Virus record (IMG/VR): IMGVR_UViG_3300032285_001268
Location: 1 to 64,000 of that record
Length of the DNA: 64,000 bases
DNA from: a virus
Direction: 5' to 3' (one strand)
The notes below the pieces were generated by a model. It searched no databases. It was not told the DNA's origin and saw only the letters and a program-made list of their open reading frames with translations. Made by a program: the position numbers and the translations under genes. Shown piece by piece: positions 56,336 to 64,000 of the stretch (the stretch's first letter is position 1; each line of letters starts with the position of its first letter).

Positions 56336-57307
56336 TTACTTCTGACGATTGCGAATCATTGCCAAGATGTCTTGGGCACGTGAATCACCGCCTGCGCCTG
56401 TTGCTTCAGCTTTTGCGGCTGGAGCAGGTGCTGACTTAGCAACTGGTGCTTCATCTTCATCAATGTCGTCTACTGGCGCACTTGCCTTAGGAGTTGATTT
56501 AACAGGATCGCCAGTGTTTTGGCCCATGCCTGCTGGTTTGAAATATTGTCCCCAACGTTCCATATCATATGGCTCGCCGTCAACTGATGCTTCAAACATT
56601 TCTTTCATTACCTTAAGCTCAATTTCACTTGGCTTCTTAGGAAGGAAATCATTTAAATTAAACAAACCATACTGTTTAACAGCGGCTTGTTCAGCATCGC
56701 TTAGTGGACGCTCACGACGTGACCATGTTGAAGTTGAGTAGTCAGCGTAACCGCCTTTGCTACCTTTCTTCATACGGAAGTCTAGACCGTGTACATAGTC
56801 AGTTGGCAAATCTTCCAATTCTGGATCAACAAGTGCTGAACGAATTAGTGTAAAGATTTGAGGACCGATAATGAAACGGCGGATTGGATTTTCTGGAGTT
56901 TCTTTTTCGCCTAGGCCGTCTTCAGAGACAAAGCCTTGGAAAATGTAACTGCGTTTTTTCCAGTACTTACGACCCATATCTTCCAATGCTGGGTCTTTAA
57001 ACCATCCACGCACTTCTGAAAGAATAGGACATGTATCGCCATACATTTCTACGCATGGTACTTGTACTGTGATTTGTTTGCTTTCGGATTCGCCTTTGAC
57101 GCCTGCAAAGGGAAGTTTGATCATTGCACGTTCAACCCAGAAAAAAGTATTATCTGTGTTGCCGTCTGGTAGGAATCGTAGAACCGATTCACCGCCTTCT
57201 TTTAAGTTCCAGAACGGATAAATTGAGTTATCACCGCCTGTACGTTCTCCTGAACCTTTTGATTCAGCTGCCTTAAGTTTTGCACGAATTTCTGCTAAAG
57301 ATGCCAT
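56336..57307 (-). CDS. gp32: single-stranded DNA-binding protein (T4 gp32-like)
   Basis: LRFLP, VPC..M.G..CPI, YWKKRSY, G.DF..K....GGYADY..S.W, acidic/A-rich tail. Confidence 0.9.
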   Translation of the reverse strand: MASLAEIRAKLKAAESKGSGERTGGDNSIYPFWNLKEGGESVLRFLPDGNTDNTFFWVERAMIKLPFAGVKGESESKQITVQVPCVEMYGDTCPILSEVRGWFKDPALEDMGRKYWKKRSYIFQGFVSEDGLGEKETPENPIRRFIIGPQIFTLIRSALVDPELEDLPTDYVHGLDFRMKKGSKGGYADYSTSTWSRRERPLSDAEQAAVKQYGLFNLNDFLPKKPSEIELKVMKEMFEASVDGEPYDMERWGQYFKPAGMGQNTGDPVKSTPKASAPVDDIDEDEAPVAKSAPAPAAKAEATGAGGDSRAQDILAMIRNRQK

Positions 57308-57461
57308 AATTATTCTCCTATTAATAGCCTTTGTTTGCTTTTTATTTTGCCTATATTTGTTTTAGAACCTACTAAAACAAAAAACGCATACATGTTATTG
57401 TATACGTTTTTATTTAGCAGAGCAAGACTAATCTTGCTCTAAATGTGAATATTTTACTCGA

Positions 57462-58436
57462 TTATCTTCTTGCCAATTCGACTATACGAGCAAGGATTGG
57501 ATCATGTCCAAAAGCATTTGATTCTTGTGTAACAACATTTGAACTATTAGCAACAGGTTTAAATCCATTTGGTGCTCTTGCCGCAATAAGTCTGTCTGTT
57601 AAGTCTGGTTTGCCGCCACCCTTAGTTGCCCATGCTTGATCTTCTGGACTCATAGCCGCATAGATAGCGGCTTGTTTAGGATCATTAGCATACGGATTTG
57701 GCGCTTGCTGAACTGGTGCTGGCTGTGTAGAACTACCATTAGGCGGTTCAGTAGGCTCAGTTCGATTTAATGATGCCAAGTACTGATCGTAAGTCATGTT
57801 ACCTGGCAGTGCGCTAGCGTCTAGTGGCTTTGCCTGGGCAACAGGTGGTACTTGTGTTGGTTTGACTGGATTATAATTACGCTTTACTCCCTTTGGCGGC
57901 GGTATCTCTGGGTGAGCTTTTGCAACTTTATCAGTTGCATCTCCCCATAGTCCGTCAGGCTTAACTCCTGGAAGAGTTTTTTGCCAATCATAAATTGCAG
58001 GATCTCCACCACGTGCTAAACCTGGGCGATCAGTAGTTGTAGTCGGTGCTGGTTGTGTAGCACTCGAACTTGTAGTACTAGCAACAGTAGTCGGCGCCTG
58101 TGCCGCAGGCGCAACTGGTCCAGGGCCTTGAGTTCCGTTAGCCTTTGCTTGTGCAATTAGTGTTTGTGCATTACCAGTTGGATTGCTATTAAGCCATTTC
58201 GTCATTTGATCAGGATTATATTCATCTCCTCCGTGACCAGTAGCTATCATTCCTGCCAAGTACTCGTTTTGTCTCCTCAGTTGAGCAATAGCGTCCTTAG
58301 CACCTGGATTTGTTTTTTCAAGTGAAGTAATAGCTGGAGCTAGAGCAGCCGCTATCTTTGCATTAGTTTCTTCCGCCAATCTAGTTTTTAACTTAGATGC
58401 TAGGTCTACTAATTGTGATTCAGTAATCTTTGTCAT
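57462..58436 (-). CDS. putative head-associated protein with P/A/T-rich linkers and a PG-binding-like motif
   Basis: WQKTLPGVKPDGLWGDAT; terminal ILARIVELAR. Confidence 0.5.
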   Translation of the reverse strand: MTKITESQLVDLASKLKTRLAEETNAKIAAALAPAITSLEKTNPGAKDAIAQLRRQNEYLAGMIATGHGGDEYNPDQMTKWLNSNPTGNAQTLIAQAKANGTQGPGPVAPAAQAPTTVASTTSSSATQPAPTTTTDRPGLARGGDPAIYDWQKTLPGVKPDGLWGDATDKVAKAHPEIPPPKGVKRNYNPVKPTQVPPVAQAKPLDASALPGNMTYDQYLASLNRTEPTEPPNGSSTQPAPVQQAPNPYANDPKQAAIYAAMSPEDQAWATKGGGKPDLTDRLIAARAPNGFKPVANSSNVVTQESNAFGHDPILARIVELARR

Positions 58437-58438
58437 GA

Positions 58439-60625
58439 TTATCTTCCAATAATACTTAAAATACGTTGAATGTCAGCGTACGATGCTTCGGCCATTTGTG
58501 AGCCGTTAACACCTGCAAGCTCTTGCATTCTAGCGTGTTCTGGAGCATGATGCTGTTCGTGATCTGGATCAATCTCGTCTAGCTTCTCTAATACTGATTT
58601 AACGTGTGATGCTTTAGCACCAGGAAACTCACCGTTCTTAAATGCTGTTAGTACTTTGATCTTTGCACGAGTCTTGCCACCGTTTATCTTAGGAGTAGGA
58701 CCAGTTTGATCATCAACAAATCCTTCTACAGTTTTCCAGATCTCTTCAATTGGGTTTGCCTGACTAGCACCAAATCCAAACTGTTGAGGTTTCATACCAC
58801 ACTCGCCAATGATCTCTTCTAGTGATTTAACGCCATGTCCAAAGTCTAACATTGTTTCTAATGTTGCGCCTGCTTCCTTAGCGCGATGTATCGCACGAAC
58901 AATTTTACTAAATGGTGATTTCTCTCCAGTAGTTTCAGCCATTGGAGGAGTTTCAGGCGGAACTTCGGTGCTAGCTGTAGCTGTTGGTTCTGTAGGCGGA
59001 ACTTGGGCATTGGCTGTAGCTATTGGTTCAGCGGCTACATCAGCACTAGCTGTTGACGCAACTTCATCGCCACCAGTTGGCGTGCCAGTATTAATGTTCA
59101 ATGAGTTTGAAGCAATAATTTGCTTGGCTGCTTTTTCTGAACCCATTGGTAGATCTGGGTCTGTAATTTTTCCGCTTGCAATATCATTAATATACAATTT
59201 TATTGCTGGGCCAACTTCGTCTTCTGCTGATAAAGACTTAAGATAGTCATTGGTAAACGTTGGCGTTTCAATTATTCCAGCAAGGCTAAGGCTAGCATTT
59301 GTACCATTAGGGCCTGCTGTTAATTTAGAAGAAATAAAACCTTTAACTTTTTCAAGTGCTTGACTTGCCTTAGATGCATCTGCTGAAAATAACATATTTT
59401 TACCGTCAGCATCGACGCCTGATTCAGAAACAATGCGATCAAAGAAATTTAATAGTTCAGCTTCTTCTTTTGTCATTTTTTCTGTTTCGCGACGGGCTTT
59501 GTCACTTAGGTTAGGTGCTTTGCCCCTAGGATCTTTTTTAGGATCTGCTTTCTTCCATTCGCCTTCTTCTTTCCAGCGAATGACTTTACCATTTTCATCT
59601 TTTTCTTCTGTACGTTCTTCATCTAGTAAATCGTCTGGGCTAACTTCTCTAACTGGTATTTCAGTTTCGTCAACTAAACGGAAGATGTAAGGAAATGCTG
59701 TTTTTAAATCTTCGTTGAATGTACGGATTGTTAGTCTATCAATCCAGTCACTCATAACTTCTTCAGGAATCATCTGTTCTTCACGATCAGTGAATGATTC
59801 TGCAAACTGTTCATAGTATGCAGGACGTTGTAGCAGACCGATTTCTTTTTTCACACTGTCAATGCGTTCCATTACCTTGTCAGTAATATCACTCATAGCT
59901 TCTGATAGTGTTGCATTACGGCTAACATAACCTTTAAATTTACGTAGCTGTGCTAATTCTTCACTTAGGCTAACAATGTGTTTGCCGATGCCATCATAAG
60001 GAATACCACCATGTTTTAAATGTTCAGCTAGAGCGCGAGCGCCGTTAAGATGTTTAACAGGGTACTTAAATCTTTCGCCTTGTGCGTTCTCAACCCAAAT
60101 GCCTTCAATGTGCATTGTTCTTCCTGCTGGTAGGTCAGGATTAACTGGTTGGCTGTGTTTGATAATAATTTTAGCTTCGCCTAAGTCTTGGTAGCTCATT
60201 CTTGAGGTGCCAAACAACTTATTTTCCATGATCGGTTCCATCGATTCTTCCTTGGGTTTTGCTTGGAAAGCATAATCTCGTTTATCTAAATTACTCTTTC
60301 CAATATTCTGTACATCAAAATTTAATAGTCTATCTTTTGCAAATTGTCTAAAACTGCGAATAAATTTAAAAGCACCTGGATGTTTGCGCTCAGCTAGATC
60401 TCCGCTGATCTGCATAACTACACCTTCTTCTTCATCAAGTGTAATTGCAATAGTGCCTAATTCTTCGCCTTCTTCTTTATATTCAAACTCAAAGAAACGT
60501 GCTTTTGGAATATCAGTTTTTTTGCTTAAAACCTCAGCATTTTCGTCCCCAATTTTGATTTCTGGGAATCTAGTTTGTATTTTGCCATAAAGATCTTTGG
60601 CTATTTTATCTAAATTTGCGTTCAT
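58439..60625 (-). CDS. large putative virion/internal head protein
   Basis: 728 aa; TAAATA 4 nt upstream; many (L/I)xE sites. Confidence 0.55.
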   Translation of the reverse strand: MNANLDKIAKDLYGKIQTRFPEIKIGDENAEVLSKKTDIPKARFFEFEYKEEGEELGTIAITLDEEEGVVMQISGDLAERKHPGAFKFIRSFRQFAKDRLLNFDVQNIGKSNLDKRDYAFQAKPKEESMEPIMENKLFGTSRMSYQDLGEAKIIIKHSQPVNPDLPAGRTMHIEGIWVENAQGERFKYPVKHLNGARALAEHLKHGGIPYDGIGKHIVSLSEELAQLRKFKGYVSRNATLSEAMSDITDKVMERIDSVKKEIGLLQRPAYYEQFAESFTDREEQMIPEEVMSDWIDRLTIRTFNEDLKTAFPYIFRLVDETEIPVREVSPDDLLDEERTEEKDENGKVIRWKEEGEWKKADPKKDPRGKAPNLSDKARRETEKMTKEEAELLNFFDRIVSESGVDADGKNMLFSADASKASQALEKVKGFISSKLTAGPNGTNASLSLAGIIETPTFTNDYLKSLSAEDEVGPAIKLYINDIASGKITDPDLPMGSEKAAKQIIASNSLNINTGTPTGGDEVASTASADVAAEPIATANAQVPPTEPTATASTEVPPETPPMAETTGEKSPFSKIVRAIHRAKEAGATLETMLDFGHGVKSLEEIIGECGMKPQQFGFGASQANPIEEIWKTVEGFVDDQTGPTPKINGGKTRAKIKVLTAFKNGEFPGAKASHVKSVLEKLDEIDPDHEQHHAPEHARMQELAGVNGSQMAEASYADIQRILSIIGR

Positions 60626-60635
60626 GTTATATTTA

Positions 60636-62231
60636 TCAGATGCCTGTTGATATGTATATGGGCAAAGGTAGTTCTAAATCTTCTTCTAATTCGCTTTGAA
60701 CACGCAATGTTTCAAATACGTTAGGATCCCACTCAGCTAGTACCTGTGAGATTCGAACTACTAGTAGCAGTGACGCAACTAGGTCGTCGTGTTGCCCTAC
60801 TTTTGCTTTAAATGTAGTACCTGCGGCAATAAATGTTTTTAATTCGCTAATTAATGGTCTACTGTTTAAGGTCATTTTATCTTCTTCGATTAGATATTTG
60901 ACCTTAGCACAAGTGCTGATTTTATTGCCAAACGTAGTATTAAAACCCTTACGGAATTTACGCACATGTCCTTTTCTAGCAGGCTCACTCATGAACATTC
61001 CCGGAAATGTTTCTTCTCCGAGATTATTAATAACAACCAATGCGCTTTCACCTACAGTATTATTTTCTACACTCCAGTAAATGCTGTTGAAATTATCAGC
61101 ACCTATTTCGTCCTGTATGTATCGTAAAATATCCCTAAAAATTTTAACCTGTTGCTGGATCGGTGTAATGTTATGTTGCCACTCTCCGATCTGCACCATG
61201 CTGGGCATTTCAAATATTTGTATTGCTCCGTAGTCTCCTCCTGTTCCGAGACTGGGATCTAGCGCGGCCACATACACATTTCCCGCAGTTGGTTTCTTCC
61301 ACCAGCGTACTTGTCCTTGCTTGAACGCCGGTTCTTTTCCGGGTAGTTCTGCTAGTTTTAAACTGTTAATTAGTGTTTCGTCGTAGACTAAGAATTCGCA
61401 ACCGTACTCACGACGGAAACGTTCTTCGCCAATGCGTCCCATCTCAGTCTTTTTCCAATCTTCACCACGATCCGGATGTTCCCACCACTCGGCACGGAAT
61501 CCATGGAACCCGTTAACTCCTGTGCCATCTTCTTTTTCGTTGCCGTATTCGTCAAACTTGTTTTGTGACTCTTTCCAAATAATAGCAAACTCGTCTTCGT
61601 CTGAGTTTGGTGTACTGGTGATAATTGCTCGACCACCAGTTGCTAGTGTTGGGCTGATTGACGTCCAAAATTCTGTAGCAATGTTAGGTTGTACGAAAGC
61701 AAACTCATCGCAATATAGTAAGGATATGGACATACCACGACCGGTATTACCAGTAGTAGTAGCTGATACAATTCTTGATCCGTTATCAAATTCAATACTC
61801 CCTTTGTTATAGTTTACAACACCACAACGTATGTGATCTTCGCACAGTTCATAGCCATAGCGGATACGTTGCATAATTTCCTGTGAGCCTGTGTATTTGT
61901 GCGCGGCCACTAGAATAGTTTGATCTGGATGGAACATAGCATACCATAGCAGGTAACTTGATGCACAAGTTGTCTTACCACTTTGACGTGGTAGCATGTT
62001 GATGTTAAAACGATAATCGTGATAGGCGGCCAGCAAGCGTTCTTGATATTCAAATGGTTCAAATTTAACTTTACCCTTTACCGGATGTTGAATATGAAAG
62101 AATTTTTTAGCGAAAGCCAAGTACCCGTTGGTGGGATCAGAACATGCGATCAAGTCAGCAATTTGTTCTTCTGTAAACTTTTCTTTACTATGCGCTTTTT
62201 TGGTTAAGACGCCGTCTAGTGATTTTGCCAT
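60636..62231 (-). CDS. terL: terminase large subunit (T4 gp17-like)
   Basis: PRQSGKT, LYCDEFAF, STPN, DPSLGTGGD, VENN, HDDLV. Confidence 0.95.
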   Translation of the reverse strand: MAKSLDGVLTKKAHSKEKFTEEQIADLIACSDPTNGYLAFAKKFFHIQHPVKGKVKFEPFEYQERLLAAYHDYRFNINMLPRQSGKTTCASSYLLWYAMFHPDQTILVAAHKYTGSQEIMQRIRYGYELCEDHIRCGVVNYNKGSIEFDNGSRIVSATTTGNTGRGMSISLLYCDEFAFVQPNIATEFWTSISPTLATGGRAIITSTPNSDEDEFAIIWKESQNKFDEYGNEKEDGTGVNGFHGFRAEWWEHPDRGEDWKKTEMGRIGEERFRREYGCEFLVYDETLINSLKLAELPGKEPAFKQGQVRWWKKPTAGNVYVAALDPSLGTGGDYGAIQIFEMPSMVQIGEWQHNITPIQQQVKIFRDILRYIQDEIGADNFNSIYWSVENNTVGESALVVINNLGEETFPGMFMSEPARKGHVRKFRKGFNTTFGNKISTCAKVKYLIEEDKMTLNSRPLISELKTFIAAGTTFKAKVGQHDDLVASLLLVVRISQVLAEWDPNVFETLRVQSELEEDLELPLPIYISTGI

Positions 62232-62245
62232 AACTTTATTTACAT

Positions 62246-62273
62246 AAAAAAAGGGCTCCTAAGAGCCCCTTTT
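62246..62273. terminator. bidirectional intrinsic terminator
   Basis: AAAAAA-GGGCTC-CTAA-GAGCCC-CTTTT. Confidence 0.75.
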
Positions 62274-62286
62274 GAACTGCGACGAA

Positions 62287-63384
62287 TTATTTTTTATATT
62301 TGTTGTATTTGGCACGTACCGGTTCCAAGTCCTTGCCTTCTGCCTCTGCATCACGCAATGCCTGCATACCTTTTTTACCATATTTCATTATGCCTTTGGC
62401 AGCACGACTCATTGTTTTTTTATCTTCTAGAACTTCAAGTTCTAAATCGTGATCTTCATAGGCCATGATTGGTGCAGTAGCTACCTTTGGCGAATACGCT
62501 GACATAGCTGTTTGGCATTCTGGTGTTAGCATAGCATGTTTGAAATGATGTGCTACGTGTGCGTGACGTACTTCGTGATCGTCATGTTTCTTTTCACGAT
62601 AGCCCATGCCGTCATAAAAATAGTCGTATAACTTTTCATAAAGTTCTGGGGTTAAACGGCCAGCTTCTTCAAACTGCTTAACATCATGCTTGTGACTAGC
62701 AATGATATTTGCTAGAGCGTGACGATGTGGATCTTCGTTGCAACCTTCATTAAGTGTGCGTGTCTCGCGAGTTTTTACTTCATTGTATAGTTTTTGTAAT
62801 CGATCTACTAGACCTTCGTGCATTCTTGGGCTAGCAATAGGCAATCCAGTTTGGCGTAGACGATGATCACCGTGGTTTGCGCTGAAGTCATCTGACGGTG
62901 GATTAGTTACTGCTGACACATCAAATGTTTCTTCGCCTGAACTATTTGGAGCAGAATTTTTCCATTCTTCTTCCATTTCAGATCCTAGCACAATAGCGTC
63001 TGCACCTTGTACATGATGTGCAGGTGCAACCATTGGTTCGCCTACAGGCTCTTCTTCACCGGATTGTTCAATGTTGCGCAGGATCTTCATGAGGTCACTA
63101 ATACCGTTAGGACCTGATCCATTCATGCTAACATTCATAGTTACTGAATCCGCTTGTTTAGGAGCAGAAGAAATCTTTGGAAGTTCAAGATGTGGCATTT
63201 CGTCGCCACACTCGGCTGTCATTGCCGGTGTTGAGCCTGATGAAGAATCTTGTGCGCCAACTGCTGAATTGCCAACACCGGACGATGAATCACCGGTCAT
63301 TGTCATATCTTGAGTAGTTTCTTCAATCGCTCTTAATTTTTCTGCTAGTTCATAAAAATTCATATTATTTTCCTTTTGGCGCAT
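62287..63384 (-). CDS. putative internal head protein
   Basis: Low-complexity acidic 365 aa; likely true start MNFYELAEKL; terminal MSRAAKG..KYGKKGMQALRDA. Confidence 0.5.
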   Translation of the reverse strand: MRQKENNMNFYELAEKLRAIEETTQDMTMTGDSSSGVGNSAVGAQDSSSGSTPAMTAECGDEMPHLELPKISSAPKQADSVTMNVSMNGSGPNGISDLMKILRNIEQSGEEEPVGEPMVAPAHHVQGADAIVLGSEMEEEWKNSAPNSSGEETFDVSAVTNPPSDDFSANHGDHRLRQTGLPIASPRMHEGLVDRLQKLYNEVKTRETRTLNEGCNEDPHRHALANIIASHKHDVKQFEEAGRLTPELYEKLYDYFYDGMGYREKKHDDHEVRHAHVAHHFKHAMLTPECQTAMSAYSPKVATAPIMAYEDHDLELEVLEDKKTMSRAAKGIMKYGKKGMQALRDAEAEGKDLEPVRAKYNKYKK

Positions 63385-63910
63385 TAGGTACAGACTTTGC
63401 TAAAAGTTGATCATTAACACCTGTGTATTGTTCTGGACTGTGCTTGGTCTTGCTTAATTCTTTTAAGAAATTTAGTTTATGTTCTTCACCAACTAACTTC
63501 TGTGCGCCCGGTGTATCTTCTAACTCATGCTTGGTTAAAAGTGCTTGACCTGATTTGTCAAGATTAGCGTGGTTAAGTTCAACTTCTTGTTGTTCAAGTT
63601 CAGTTAATGCTAAAATATTAGTAGCTGGAATACGTAACCCTTCTGCGATTTTATCTAGCACTTGACGGCTAGTCGCTGGATAATTTGTTATAACATCAAA
63701 CAAACTAACTGCTATGTTTTTGTGATTAGGAAATTCAGTGTGGCTAGCAGTAATAGGTGTGCGTTTGCCAGCCGATACTGTTGCTACTTCAAATTCTGAT
63801 AAAGCACGTTTAATAGCATCTGTGCAGTTATCAGGGCAATCACCTGCAATCTTTACTTTGAAAGTGTAGGTTTTTTTGCTCTCTGTTAGGTATTCTTTAA
63901 ATGATTTCAT
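63365..63910 (-). CDS. hypothetical virion protein
   Basis: MKSFKEYLTES start. Confidence 0.55.
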   Translation of the reverse strand: MKSFKEYLTESKKTYTFKVKIAGDCPDNCTDAIKRALSEFEVATVSAGKRTPITASHTEFPNHKNIAVSLFDVITNYPATSRQVLDKIAEGLRIPATNILALTELEQQEVELNHANLDKSGQALLTKHELEDTPGAQKLVGEEHKLNFLKELSKTKHSPEQYTGVNDQLLAKSVPNAPKGK

Positions 63911-63931
63911 AGTGCGATTCCAATACTATAT

Positions 63932-64000
63932 TTATTTCAAATTCTTTAGTTTCTCTAGTAAGCTATTACGATCTGTAACGATATAGCCATCGCCCGGAAT
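63932..64000 (-). CDS. C-terminus of a gene entering from the right edge, possibly terminase small subunit
   Basis: IPGDGYIVTDRNSLLEKLKNLK*; position upstream of terL. Confidence 0.35.
   Translation of the reverse strand: MPGDGYIVTDRNSLLEKLKNLK

Noticed and set aside
58809-59100. P/T/A-rich low-complexity segments in 57462-60625 as a tandem repeat system
   Set aside because: No nucleotide-level periodicity; consistent with ordinary flexible linkers
51778-62231. Inteins or introns in uvsW, uvsX or terL
   Set aside because: Lengths (488, 352, 531 aa) and motif spacing match uninterrupted proteins
630-63313. Many short ORFs in the track antisense to or nested in long genes (for example 1446-1685, 3189-3554, 44448-44633, 58809-59246, 26945-27133, 30166-30357)
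   Set aside because: They overlap well-supported genes or ncRNA loci, lack RBS or promoter support, and show no protein motifs
1-64000. Alternative genetic code (stop-codon recoding)
   Set aside because: Core genes are full-length under code 11, and TAA, TAG and TGA all end genes at coupled junctions

Overview
A 64-kb segment of a large T4-like (Caudoviricetes, myovirus-type) phage genome, read with the standard genetic code. Left part (1-14.8 kb, mostly minus strand): tail-fibre/lectin-like structural genes, a 5-aminolevulinate synthase (hemA), nucleases, two peptidoglycan hydrolases and a sugar epimerase. 14.8-25 kb: small minus-strand accessory genes. 25-27 kb: largely non-coding divergence point with repeats. 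27.1-40.1 kb: a plus-strand early cassette array of about 45 tiny ORFs, about 25 consensus sigma70 promoters (all 17-bp spacers), one tRNA(CAU) and several structured non-coding RNAs, ending in an AAA+ ATPase. 41-64 kb (minus strand): T4-like replication, recombination and packaging core (gp41 helicase, primase, mini-DnaE, UvsW, UvsY, UvsX, gp32, large terminase). Main hunt results: (1) the early genes share an extended ribosome-binding motif GGAGCGAA, and three non-coding hairpins (two behind the ATPase gene, one at 34.9 kb) display its exact complement in their loops, suggesting a phage sRNA system that silences a whole early regulon by blocking a shared RBS; (2) a sharply bounded 2.7-kb island almost devoid of TC and CC on the coding strand, whose ten proteins contain no proline; (3) two paralogous antisense ncRNA genes with their own promoters and a separate 176-nt structured RNA. 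All counts are manual and all family assignments come from motif recognition, not database searches.
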